Below are positions 17,879-26,721 of a stretch of DNA of 64,000 nucleotides, piece after piece. Positions within the stretch are counted from its first letter, which is position 1. Each line of letters opens with the position of its first letter. This stretch comes from Cyanobium sp. NIES-981 (GTDB taxonomy: Bacteria; Cyanobacteriota; Cyanobacteriia; PCC-6307; Cyanobiaceae). Location: assembly GCA_945877595.1 (NCBI GenBank), contig CAMDVN010000001.1, positions 21,685 to 85,684 on the forward strand, given 5' to 3'. The notes under the pieces were generated by a model. That model was not told where the DNA came from. It did not search any database and saw nothing but the letters and a program-made list of their open reading frames with translations. A program made the translations under genes and the position numbers.

Positions 17879-19483
17879 TCAGGCCAGGGCCAGTTCAACC
17901 GTGGTGCCCTGCCCCAGGAAGAGCTGGTAGGCGGGGTTGTGGGATTCATCCCAATACTGATAGCCAAGGGCGTCGAGGAAGCGCTGCCAGTCATCGCGCT
18001 CGGCGCTCGGCACCTGCACACCCACCACGATGCGGCCCACGTCGGCCCCGTGGTTGCGGTAATGAAAAATGCTGATGTTCCAATTTGGATGCAGGGCACT
18101 CAGGAAGGTCATCAGGGCACCGGGCCGCTCTGGAAATTCGAAGCGGTAAAGCAGTTCCTCGCCCTGGCTCCGGGACGGCCCAGCCGTGGCCGGCAGGCGC
18201 CCCCCCACCATGTGGCATAGATGCAGTTTGGCCAAGTCGTTGTTGGTCAGATCCAGGCAGGGGAACCCGGCTGCATTCAGATCGGCGACCAGGGTTTCTG
18301 TGTCGTGACGACCGCGGATCTGCACCCCCACAAAAATGTGAGCCAGCTTTGGATCAGCCATCCGATAACTGAACTCGGTGAGGCTGCGCTGGCCGAGTAG
18401 GGAGCAGAACCGCCGCAGGCTTCCGGCCTGTTCTGGAATCTCCACCGCCAGCAGGGCCTCGCGCTCTTCGCCCAATTCGGCGCGCTCGGCCACAAACACC
18501 AGGCGGTCAAAGTTCATGTTGGCGCCGCAAGCCACCGCCACCAGGGTTTTGCCTTTGAGCTTGCGCCGTTCGACGTCGGCCTTGAGGCCGGCGATGGCGA
18601 GGGCCCCGGCTGGTTCAAGAATGGAACGGGTGTCTTCAAAGACATCCTTGATGGCCGCGCAGATCGCATCGGTGTCCACGGTGATCATGCTGTCGACGGT
18701 CTTCTGGGCCAAAGCAAAGCTCTGCTCGCCCACCTCACGCACAGCAACCCCATCGGCAAACAGTCCCACCTGGTCCAGCCGCACCCTCTGACCGCAGGCC
18801 AGGGAGCGGGTCATGGCGTCCGCATCGCTGGGTTCGACGCCAACCAGCTCCACCTGGGGCCACACAGTTTTGATCAGCGCCCCGATGCCGGCAATCAGGC
18901 CCCCCCCCCCAACAGCTACGTAGATCACATCGGGGGGCCTGGAGCACTGGCGCACCAGCTCGAGGGCAATCGTGCCCTGCCCGGCAATCACATCGGGATC
19001 GTCAAACGGATGAATAAATGTGAGCCCCAGGTCCTGCTCAAGCCGACGCGCCTCTCCATAGGCAGCGTCATAGGTGTCGCCATGGAGCACCACCTCGGCG
19101 CCGCGAGCTGCCACTGCTTTGACCTTCACCTGGGGGGTGGTCACGGGCATCACAATCACGGCCCGACAGCCCAGCCGTGTGGCAGCAAGGGCCACGCCCT
19201 GGGCATGGTTGCCGGCACTGGCGGCGATCACCCCACGCTCCAGTTCGGCGGAGCTGAGGTTGGCCATGGCGTTGTAGGCCCCGCGCAGCTTGAAGCTGAA
19301 CACCGGCTGCAGGTCTTCACGTTTCAGCAGCACCGTGTTGCCGAGGCGCTCTGAGAGGTTGGGGGCCGGATCAAGGGGCGATTCGATCGCCACGTCGTAG
19401 ACCCGGGCCCGCAGAATTTTGCCCACCATGGCCGCCAAGGCAGGGTCGGTGCTGGGGGACGCTTGAGACAGAACATCGGCCAT
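17879..19483 (-). CDS. ilvA: Threonine ammonia-lyase, biosynthetic
   Basis: 534 aa. PLP-lysine region ..LQPVFSFKLRGAYN... Glycine loop VAVGGGGLIAG. Two C-terminal ACT-like regulatory repeats. Confidence 0.92.
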   Translation of the reverse strand: MADVLSQASPSTDPALAAMVGKILRARVYDVAIESPLDPAPNLSERLGNTVLLKREDLQPVFSFKLRGAYNAMANLSSAELERGVIAASAGNHAQGVALAATRLGCRAVIVMPVTTPQVKVKAVAARGAEVVLHGDTYDAAYGEARRLEQDLGLTFIHPFDDPDVIAGQGTIALELVRQCSRPPDVIYVAVGGGGLIAGIGALIKTVWPQVELVGVEPSDADAMTRSLACGQRVRLDQVGLFADGVAVREVGEQSFALAQKTVDSMITVDTDAICAAIKDVFEDTRSILEPAGALAIAGLKADVERRKLKGKTLVAVACGANMNFDRLVFVAERAELGEEREALLAVEIPEQAGSLRRFCSLLGQRSLTEFSYRMADPKLAHIFVGVQIRGRHDTETLVADLNAAGFPCLDLTNNDLAKLHLCHMVGGRLPATAGPSRSQGEELLYRFEFPERPGALMTFLSALHPNWNISIFHYRNHGADVGRIVVGVQVPSAERDDWQRFLDALGYQYWDESHNPAYQLFLGQGTTVELALA

Positions 19484-19578
19484 CAGTCCAGTTTCGCAAC
19501 CCGACTCCGTAAACGGTGTGTGTTGTCGCCGAGGGCAAGGGGGATAGGCCTAGATTGCTGCTCAGACGTCCGGTGGGC

Positions 19579-21507
19579 ATGCATCTCAGCGAGCTGAGCC
19601 ATCCGAACCAGCTGCATGGCCTCAGCACTGCAGAGCTCGAGGGAATTGCGCGACAGATTCGCGAACGTCACCTCGAAGTGGTGAGCACCAGTGGTGGGCA
19701 CCTTGGCCCAGGGCTGGGGGTTGTGGAACTCACCCTGGCCCTCTACCAAACCCTTGATCTCGATGTTGACAGGGTTGTATGGGATGTGGGCCATCAGGCC
19801 TACCCCCACAAGCTGATCACAGGTCGCTACAAAGATTTTGACAGTTTGCGTCAGAAAGGCGGTGTTGCTGGCTATTTGAAGCGAAGTGAGAGCCGTTTTG
19901 ACCATTTTGGGGCCGGCCATGCGTCCACCAGCATCTCGGCGGCGCTCGGCATGGCCCTGGCCCGCGACCAGCGTGGTGAAAACTTCAAAGCTGTCGCGGT
20001 GATTGGCGATGGTGCGCTAACTGGCGGCATGGCCCTCGAGGCCATCAACCATGCCGGCCATTTGCCCAAGACCAACCTCTTGGTGGTCCTGAACGACAAC
20101 GACATGTCGATCAGTCCACCGGTGGGCGCTCTCTCAACTCACCTCAACCGCATGCGGCATAGCAAGCCGCTGCAGTTCTTGAGCGACAACGTCGAAGAAG
20201 CAATCCGCCATCTCCCCCTGATGCATGGGGAGCTGCCCAGTGAACTCAAGAACCTTAAGGAGAGCATGAAGCGCCTCGCGGTGCCCAAGCTGGGCGCCGT
20301 TTTTGAGGAACTGGGCTTCACCTACATCGGCCCGATTGACGGCCACAACATCGCTGAGATGGTGCGCACGTTCGAGCAGGCGCATCGCACCGAAGGGCCC
20401 GTGATCGTTCATGTGGCCACCACCAAGGGCAAGGGCTACACCTATGCCGAAGCCGATCAGGTGGGCTATCACGCCCAAAGTGCCTTTGATCTGGCTACCG
20501 GCAAGGCCTATCCCTCCAGCAAGCCGAAGCCACCGAGCTACAGCAAGGTCTTTGGTCAAACTCTGGTCACAATTTGTCAGCAGGATCCCACCGTGGTCGG
20601 TATTACCGCCGCCATGGCCACCGGCACCGGCCTCGATCTGCTCGAAAAAGCTTTGCCTCAGCAATATTTCGATGTGGGCATCGCCGAACAACACGCCGTG
20701 ACGATGGCTGCCGGCATGGCCTGTGAGGGTCTCAGGCCCGTCGTGGCCATCTACAGCACCTTTCTGCAGCGGGCCTTCGACCAGATCATTCACGATGTTG
20801 GCATTCAGAAACTGCCGGTTACCTTTGTGCTCGATCGGGCCGGCCTGGTGGGTGCCGATGGCCCTACCCACCAGGGGCAATACGACATCAGCTATTTGCG
20901 GGCCGTGCCCAATTTCACAGTGATGGCCCCGAAGGATGAGGCCGAGCTGCAGCGCATGCTGATCACCTCGATTCACCACGATGGGCCCTGTGCGATTCGG
21001 ATTCCCCGGGGTGAAGGCGAGGGTGTGCCGTTGGCCGAGGAGGGCTTCGAGCCCCTCCAGATTGGCCGGGGCGAATTGCTCACCGATGGCGATGATTTGC
21101 TGATCGTGGCCTATGGATCGATGGTGGCCCCCGCCATGGCCACCGCCGGATTGCTCCAGGAGCAGGGCATGCGGGCCGCGGTCATCAATGCCCGCTTCCT
21201 GCGGCCCCTTGATGAGGCCTTGATCCGGCCCATGGCTCAGCGGATTGGCCGGGTGGTCACCATGGAAGAAGGGTCGTTGCCGGGCGGCTTTGGCGCAGCT
21301 GTGGTCGAGAGCCTCAGTGACCACGGTGTGTTGGTTCCCGTGCTGCGGCTTGGGATTCCGGATGTGCTGGTCGACCATGCCAGCCCCAACCAGAGCAAGC
21401 AGAGCCTTGGCCTCACGCCGTCGCAGATGGCGCAGACCATCCTGCAGCGGTTTGGACCGGCACCCACGTCGTCAGGTGCTGCCATGCCCCAGGCTGTGGC
21501 GGTCTGA
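19579..21507 (+). CDS. dxs: 1-deoxy-D-xylulose-5-phosphate synthase
   Basis: ATG 19579 ([12 protein letters not shown]..). ..[14 protein letters not shown].., ..[13 protein letters not shown].., ..[11 protein letters not shown]... Confidence 0.95.
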   Translation: MHLSELSHPNQLHGLSTAELEGIARQIRERHLEVVSTSGGHLGPGLGVVELTLALYQTLDLDVDRVVWDVGHQAYPHKLITGRYKDFDSLRQKGGVAGYLKRSESRFDHFGAGHASTSISAALGMALARDQRGENFKAVAVIGDGALTGGMALEAINHAGHLPKTNLLVVLNDNDMSISPPVGALSTHLNRMRHSKPLQFLSDNVEEAIRHLPLMHGELPSELKNLKESMKRLAVPKLGAVFEELGFTYIGPIDGHNIAEMVRTFEQAHRTEGPVIVHVATTKGKGYTYAEADQVGYHAQSAFDLATGKAYPSSKPKPPSYSKVFGQTLVTICQQDPTVVGITAAMATGTGLDLLEKALPQQYFDVGIAEQHAVTMAAGMACEGLRPVVAIYSTFLQRAFDQIIHDVGIQKLPVTFVLDRAGLVGADGPTHQGQYDISYLRAVPNFTVMAPKDEAELQRMLITSIHHDGPCAIRIPRGEGEGVPLAEEGFEPLQIGRGELLTDGDDLLIVAYGSMVAPAMATAGLLQEQGMRAAVINARFLRPLDEALIRPMAQRIGRVVTMEEGSLPGGFGAAVVESLSDHGVLVPVLRLGIPDVLVDHASPNQSKQSLGLTPSQMAQTILQRFGPAPTSSGAAMPQAVAV

Positions 21508-21521
21508 GGACCGAGTGCCCA

Positions 21522-22775
21522 TTGGTTCAACTGGACGACCCGAGCCCAATTTGCAGCGCTCCACCAGTTCAGTGCCAGGTGCTCGTGGTGGGCGCCGGCC
21601 CGGCTGGTGCCGAGCTCAGTCGAGGTCTCGCCCAGGCAGGGATTGATGTGATCCTGATCGAGCGCTTGCCGCGCCTCGACCAGGCTGCGTTTAGCAGTGC
21701 CGCCCTACCCCTTGAGGCGGTGCATCACTACGGGCTGCCCGCCCATGTGGTCGCATCCCGATGGAGTGGCTGGCAACTGATCGGCCCCGCTCAGCAGCGG
21801 CGCCAGTGGGAGCATGGCACCCCCCTCGGGGCCGTGTTGGATTTTGGGGCCCTGCGGCAGTGGCTGGTGGACCAGGCCCAGTCCTGGGGCGCTCGGGTGC
21901 AGCTGGCCACCACGGCCTTGGCCTGCCGTCAGGTGCCTGGCGGTGTGCTAACCCAGGTCCGGCGCAGCGATGGCCGCCTCCAGCAGGTGCAGAGCCGCTG
22001 GGTGGTGGATGCCAGTGGTCAGTCGCGGGCGCTGCTGGGAGAACCGGGCCCTGGGATGGGGCCGTTGGTTGGCGGGATCGGCCTGGAGTGGTTGCTTGAG
22101 GTGGAGCCCAGCTGCTGGAGGACCTGGACCGGTCGGCTCAGTTTTGTGCTCGGTTCCAGCTGGGTGAGCCAGGGCTATGGCTGGGTTTTTCCGATGCAGA
22201 GCGGCCTGCTCAAAGTGGGCGTCTGCCGGCTGATGGACCCGGGATCTGCTCAGCCAGCCCTAGGCCCCACCATGGCTCAGCTCCTCAGCCGCATCGGCCT
22301 GGACGGGGGACACGTGATCGATCGCCATGGCGGCCTGATTCGCAGCAGCCTGGATCGTCGTGAACCCCATCGCCAGGGTCGCCTACTGGGGCTGGGCGAT
22401 GCCGTGAGCACGGCCAACCTTCTCGGCGGCGAGGGCATTCGCCATGCTCTGTGCAGTAGCCGAGTGCTACTCACGGCCCTACTCAACGCCCTCAAGCTCG
22501 AACGCCTCGGTCAATCCGAGTCGCAGCAGTTGGTGGCGATCGATCGTTACCCGCAGCTGTTGCGACGCGAGCTGGGTTGGCGCTGGGGACTCAGCGGCAG
22601 GCTGGCGCGGCGCACCTGGCTGGGTCTCAGTCATGCAGCCGCTGATCGGCGCTTGGAGCGGCTCTTGACCGGTCTGGAGACCAACAGGGCCGAGGATCTC
22701 TCCGCCCTGTTGTTTGGGTACCGATTCGAGCGCTATGGGCCCAAAGCCCTTCCCTACCTCCTGGGTTGGCGCTGA
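21522..22775 (+). CDS. FAD-dependent oxidoreductase (geranylgeranyl-reductase-like family)
   Basis: Rossmann motif VLVVGAGPAGAELSRGLAQAGIDVILIER. 417 aa. Confidence 0.75.
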   Translation: MVQLDDPSPICSAPPVQCQVLVVGAGPAGAELSRGLAQAGIDVILIERLPRLDQAAFSSAALPLEAVHHYGLPAHVVASRWSGWQLIGPAQQRRQWEHGTPLGAVLDFGALRQWLVDQAQSWGARVQLATTALACRQVPGGVLTQVRRSDGRLQQVQSRWVVDASGQSRALLGEPGPGMGPLVGGIGLEWLLEVEPSCWRTWTGRLSFVLGSSWVSQGYGWVFPMQSGLLKVGVCRLMDPGSAQPALGPTMAQLLSRIGLDGGHVIDRHGGLIRSSLDRREPHRQGRLLGLGDAVSTANLLGGEGIRHALCSSRVLLTALLNALKLERLGQSESQQLVAIDRYPQLLRRELGWRWGLSGRLARRTWLGLSHAAADRRLERLLTGLETNRAEDLSALLFGYRFERYGPKALPYLLGWR

Positions 22776-22780
22776 GGGGC

Positions 22781-23038
22781 TCAGAGCACGCCGCGGGAAG
22801 CCAGGCCCTGGATGGCACCGATGCCGAGCAGGTGACCAAAGCTGGTGGTACCGAGCAGGGCGGCGTGGCTCATGCCACCAAACAGGGTGGCGTTGGGCAG
22901 CTGGGCACCCACGTTGGGATGCTTGATCGTGGCCTTGCCGATGGCAATGGCGATCACGTTGCAGATCACCATCACCAGCGCCACCTTGGGTGACCAGCTG
23001 ATGGCAGCGGGGGCGATGGCCAGGAGGGGGGCGAGCAT
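22781..23038 (-). CDS. psaK: Photosystem I reaction centre subunit PsaK
   Basis: 85 aa, MLAPLLAIAPAAISWSPKVALVMVICNVIAIAIGK...GHLLGIGAIQGLA... Two-helix PsaK pattern. Confidence 0.85.
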   Translation of the reverse strand: MLAPLLAIAPAAISWSPKVALVMVICNVIAIAIGKATIKHPNVGAQLPNATLFGGMSHAALLGTTSFGHLLGIGAIQGLASRGVL

Positions 23039-23094
23039 GGATCCAGTGCTAACCGACCCATCTTCCGGGCCCAGACCCTGGCCTGGAGCGCTGC

Positions 23095-23427
23095 TTAAGA
23101 CTTGTTCATCGGTTGGCGCAGGGCTGCGGCGAAGCCCGAGGCCACTAACAGATTGGCGAGGGTCAGAAAAGCCTCGGCTCCGCCATGCAGGCCATCGACG
23201 TCGGCGAGTTGCCGGCCGTACTGCGCTTGGGCCAGCAGGGCTGCGCCAATCGTCACGGCCACAAACACCAGGGTGAGCGCAAAGCCATTCCAGGCCAGGC
23301 GGGGAAAGGCCTCAATTCGGCGCGCCCACCACAGAAATGCCAGGTAGGGCAGCAGCGAGAGCCCAAACAGGGGGGCGGGGTCAATGGCGCCCAGCCATTC
23401 CAAAGCCGTAGCGGCGAGGTCAGCCAT
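23095..23427 (-). CDS. Small membrane protein (DUF3593-like)
   Basis: ATG 23427 (MADLAATALEWLG..) inside ORF 23095..23526. It overlaps the upstream stop by 8 nt (ATGGCTGA). Family name is from memory. Confidence 0.6.
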   Translation of the reverse strand: MADLAATALEWLGAIDPAPLFGLSLLPYLAFLWWARRIEAFPRLAWNGFALTLVFVAVTIGAALLAQAQYGRQLADVDGLHGGAEAFLTLANLLVASGFAAALRQPMNKS

Positions 23428-23728
23428 GCCGTCTGCGCTCCTGCTGACGCAGCAGATTCCAGGCGGCCAGGGCCATGGCGCCGTTGCCAAGGGCCGTGAG
23501 ACCGGCTTGAAAGACCACCAGACCATTCAGGGCAGCTGTGTTGTCAAACAGGTGCCAGGTGCAGGCGGCCATGGCACTGGCCAAGGCGGGAACCATCGCC
23601 AGGGCCAGCCAACGCCATCCCCCTTCAGCCCGCTGCCGCCCTAGGGCCAGTACGGCGCTGATCGCCACGGTCCATTCCAGGACCGAAGCGATGTGGATCC
23701 ACCAAGTTGGCAGCGAGAGAGCATGCAT
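23420..23728 (-). CDS. Small membrane protein (DUF2499-like)
   Basis: 102 aa, MHALSLPTWWIHIASVLEWTVAI... Paired with the downstream membrane protein. Family name is from memory. Confidence 0.6.
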   Translation of the reverse strand: MHALSLPTWWIHIASVLEWTVAISAVLALGRQRAEGGWRWLALAMVPALASAMAACTWHLFDNTAALNGLVVFQAGLTALGNGAMALAAWNLLRQQERRRHG

Positions 23729-23800
23729 CGATTGACTCTATTGATCCAGGATTGATCCAGGCAGATCTGCAGTCGAGCGGTGGACCGTAAAGTTGCCCAG

Positions 23801-24874
23801 ATGGCCGGTGCTTCCCACCCCCGCAGGATCCTGCTCTGCGGCTACTACGGCGAACACAACCTCGGCGACGATGCGCTGCTGGAGGTGTTGCTTCAGCAGC
23901 TGCCAGCCGGTTGCAACCCTGTGGTGACCGCCCACGATCAAGTTCAGGTGCAGCAGCGCTTTGGGGTTGAAACGGTGCCCCGTCGGCGCCTGGCGGCCGT
24001 GCTTGCAGCACTGGCTGGCTGCCAGGGTCTTGTGCTGGGTGGCGGCAGCCTGCTGCAGGATGTCACCAGTTTTTCCAGCTTGCTGTATTACGCGGCGCTG
24101 ATTGTGGCGGCCCGTTTGCAGGCCAAACCCGTGGTGTTGTGGGGCCAGGGGCTGGGCCCCCTGCGGCGCCGGCGCTCTCGTTTGCTGGTGCGGGGCCTGC
24201 TGCCGTGGCTGCAGGCCGTGCGCTGGCGTGATCCCGAATCGGCCGCTTTGGCCGTGCGCTTGGGCCGCCCAGGCCACCATGACCATGACTACGGAGCCGA
24301 TCCCGTTTGGGCTAGCCCGTCGCAGCCTTGGCACGGGCAAGGCGGGCCGATTGTGGTGTGTTGGAGACCCACGCCCCACCTGCATGGCCAGGCGTGGAGT
24401 CCTTACCTCAAGGCGCTGAGCCAGCTCGCGGTGGAAGCCGATCGCGAGGTTCTCTGGCTTCCCTTCCATGCCGAACAAGACCGGGACTTGTTGCTGGTGC
24501 TCAGCCAGCAACAGTTGGTGCCGGCTCCTCTTTTGGCGCGCAGTCGATCGGTCCAGGCCCACACCCCAAGCGAGGCCAAGGCGGTGTTTGCGGGTGCCGG
24601 CTTGGTGATCGCCATGCGGTTGCATGGCTTGATCCTGGCTGCTGCTGGTGGTGCACCCTGCGCGGCCCTCAGCTACGACCCGAAGGTTGAGGTTGCGGCG
24701 CTGGCCCTGGGTTGTCCGTGCCAGCGGCTCGAGGTTTCTGCCAGCACGGCTGAACTCGTCCAGGCCTGGCAGGCACAGCTTGAGCAGCCGCCCAATCCCC
24801 AACGCCTCAGCGAGCTGCGCGATCAGGCGTTGAGCCACAAGCAGCTGTTGGCTTCAGCGCTTGAGCACCACTGA
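23801..24874 (+). CDS. csaB: Polysaccharide pyruvyl transferase CsaB-like
   Basis: ..ILLCGYYGEHNLGDDALLEVLLQQLP.. N-terminal signature. About 357 aa from ATG 23801. Confidence 0.8.
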   Translation: MAGASHPRRILLCGYYGEHNLGDDALLEVLLQQLPAGCNPVVTAHDQVQVQQRFGVETVPRRRLAAVLAALAGCQGLVLGGGSLLQDVTSFSSLLYYAALIVAARLQAKPVVLWGQGLGPLRRRRSRLLVRGLLPWLQAVRWRDPESAALAVRLGRPGHHDHDYGADPVWASPSQPWHGQGGPIVVCWRPTPHLHGQAWSPYLKALSQLAVEADREVLWLPFHAEQDRDLLLVLSQQQLVPAPLLARSRSVQAHTPSEAKAVFAGAGLVIAMRLHGLILAAAGGAPCAALSYDPKVEVAALALGCPCQRLEVSASTAELVQAWQAQLEQPPNPQRLSELRDQALSHKQLLASALEHH

Positions 24875-25774
24875 ATCAATCGACTGTCCCTGGCTGTCCC
24901 AGCCATCAATGCGCAGGCTGTCCCCCTCCACCGTCAGTTCAGCAAAGCTGTAGGTGCTCAGGGCCCGGGCGGTTCGGGAGTTGGCCACAACTGGGCGAAG
25001 CGATGCTCCGCCCCCACCGACGATCAAAAAGGTGGTGCCTTTGATCACCTTGGTGCGCTCGTAGTTGTGCTCATGGCCGTTGATGTAAAGCTGCACCCCA
25101 TACCGCTCAAACAGGGGAGTGAGGCGGGCATTCAAGGCCGGATCATCGCCATAGAGTCCCGCCGAAACGATCGGGTGATGGCCCACCACCACCTTCCAGG
25201 GGGCCGAGCTGGCTGCCAAGGCTGATTTGAGCCAGGGCAGCTGGTGCTGCCACTTGGTGTTCACGTTGGTGTCGAGCATGAAAAGTTCAACCGGTCCCTT
25301 GCGCACGCTGTACCAACGGCCCTTCATGCCAAAGGGCTTGTAGGCAACTTGAGGGTTTCCGTTGGCGGTGCGAATGTCGTGGTTGCCAAGCACCGCATGG
25401 AACGGCACCCCTGCGGCAATCAGTTCTCGATAGGGGATTTGGAAGGTAGGCCCGATCCCGGCCAGATCGCCGTCGCTCCAAGACGATGTGGCGTAGATGT
25501 TGTCACCACCCAGGATGACGAGATCCACGGGATCGCGTCGATGCACAGCGGCCATCTGGGTCCCCACGGCACGTTGGTTGCGGTTGCCGCTGCCGGCGTC
25601 CGCTGTGGCGAGCAGGCGGACCCGAGCGGGCTGGGGGGACGCCTGCAGCACGGCCGTTGAACCGAAGGCCACCCCCCAGGCCAGGGCAGCCATGGGAAGG
25701 AGCCGTAGCAGTTGGCGACGCGAGAGGGTCAGGGGCCGATCCAGTCGAGAGCACTCCCGTCGTGATCGATTCAT
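24854..25774 (-). CDS. Metallophosphoesterase (calcineurin-like) with Tat-type signal
   Basis: ..SRRQLLRLLPMAALAWG.. signal. ..DAGSGN.., ..GGDNIY.., ..GNHD.., ..GHHP.., ..NGHEHNYER.. metal-ligand motifs. Confidence 0.85.
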   Translation of the reverse strand: MNRSRRECSRLDRPLTLSRRQLLRLLPMAALAWGVAFGSTAVLQASPQPARVRLLATADAGSGNRNQRAVGTQMAAVHRRDPVDLVILGGDNIYATSSWSDGDLAGIGPTFQIPYRELIAAGVPFHAVLGNHDIRTANGNPQVAYKPFGMKGRWYSVRKGPVELFMLDTNVNTKWQHQLPWLKSALAASSAPWKVVVGHHPIVSAGLYGDDPALNARLTPLFERYGVQLYINGHEHNYERTKVIKGTTFLIVGGGGASLRPVVANSRTARALSTYSFAELTVEGDSLRIDGWDSQGQSIDSVVLKR

Positions 25775-26370
25775 GACGGCATGGCCGCGGATGCACCGGC
25801 TCCAGCCGGCAAGCGCTCTCCAGCCTGCAAGCGCTGCAGCTCAAGCAACACCTCCTGGCTGTGCCCAGCAGGACGCACGGCGGTCCAATTGGCACGCAGG
25901 ATCCCCTGGGGATCAATCAAAAACGTGTGCCGCTGTGAAAAAGGGGGGATCCAGGAACCGTAGCGGCGGCTCACCAGGCCACCCGGATCCGACAACAGCG
26001 TGTAGGTGAGCCCCTCACTGCCGCAGAACGAGGCGTGCTGATCGGGGTCATCGGCGCTAATCCCGATCACCTCGGCATTGCACTGGGTGAAGCGATCGAG
26101 ATCACGTTGAAAGCCCCGTGCCTCGAGGGTGCAGCCGCTGGTGAAATCTTTGGGATAAAAGTAAAGAACCAGCCATCGTCCGGCCAGATCAGCCAGGCTC
26201 AGATGGATTGGACCGCCTTGGGAGATTCCCTCGAGGCTGAACTGGGGAGCGGCCTGTTCGAGATCAGGCAACGTTCCACCCATAGCAAAAGCCTGTCGAG
26301 GAAACATCGACAGGCTCAACGTAAAGCCAACCATGCCCGCAGCTTGACTCAGCAGTTGGCGACGGTGCAT
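25771..26370 (-). CDS. Peroxiredoxin (AhpC/TSA, BCP-like), exported
   Basis: ATG 26370 (MHRRQLLSQAAGMVGF..). It lies downstream of the rpmB stop at 26408. Active site YFYPKDFTSGCT. Its stop overlaps the next gene's start (ATGA). Confidence 0.85.
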   Translation of the reverse strand: MHRRQLLSQAAGMVGFTLSLSMFPRQAFAMGGTLPDLEQAAPQFSLEGISQGGPIHLSLADLAGRWLVLYFYPKDFTSGCTLEARGFQRDLDRFTQCNAEVIGISADDPDQHASFCGSEGLTYTLLSDPGGLVSRRYGSWIPPFSQRHTFLIDPQGILRANWTAVRPAGHSQEVLLELQRLQAGERLPAGAGASAAMPS

Positions 26371-26407
26371 GGAACTCGGAGGTGACCGGAGAAGGCCTGC
26401 TTCTAGC

Positions 26408-26644
26408 TCAAAGCTTGGAGAGGTTGACGCCCAGTTCCTTGGCGTAGGGTCCAAGACCCTTTTTCTGGATTGTTTTGAGAGCACGGGTGGAGACCCGCAG
26501 CTTCACGAAACGGTTACCTTCGGCCCACCAGAGCCGACGCTCCTGCAGGTTGACCTGCTGGAGCTTTTTGGTGCGGATGTGGGAGTGCGATACGGCCATG
26601 CCGTTGTTAGCGCGCTTGCCGGTGAGCTCACAGACGCGGGACAT
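26408..26644 (-). CDS. rpmB: 50S ribosomal protein L28
   Basis: [34 protein letters not shown]... Confidence 0.93.
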   Translation of the reverse strand: MSRVCELTGKRANNGMAVSHSHIRTKKLQQVNLQERRLWWAEGNRFVKLRVSTRALKTIQKKGLGPYAKELGVNLSKL

Positions 26645-26721
26645 GGCTTTTCAAGCTCTCAACGTTAAGGGCTGGTGCCCATTGTGCCTGATCTTATCAA
26701 ACGATGCGAGTGTTGCGGTGA

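Noticed and set aside
20134-21378. 414-aa minus-strand ORF.
   Set aside because: It is antisense to dxs. Shadow frame.
23738-24838. 366-aa minus-strand ORF.
   Set aside because: It is antisense to the csaB-like pyruvyl transferase gene. Shadow frame.
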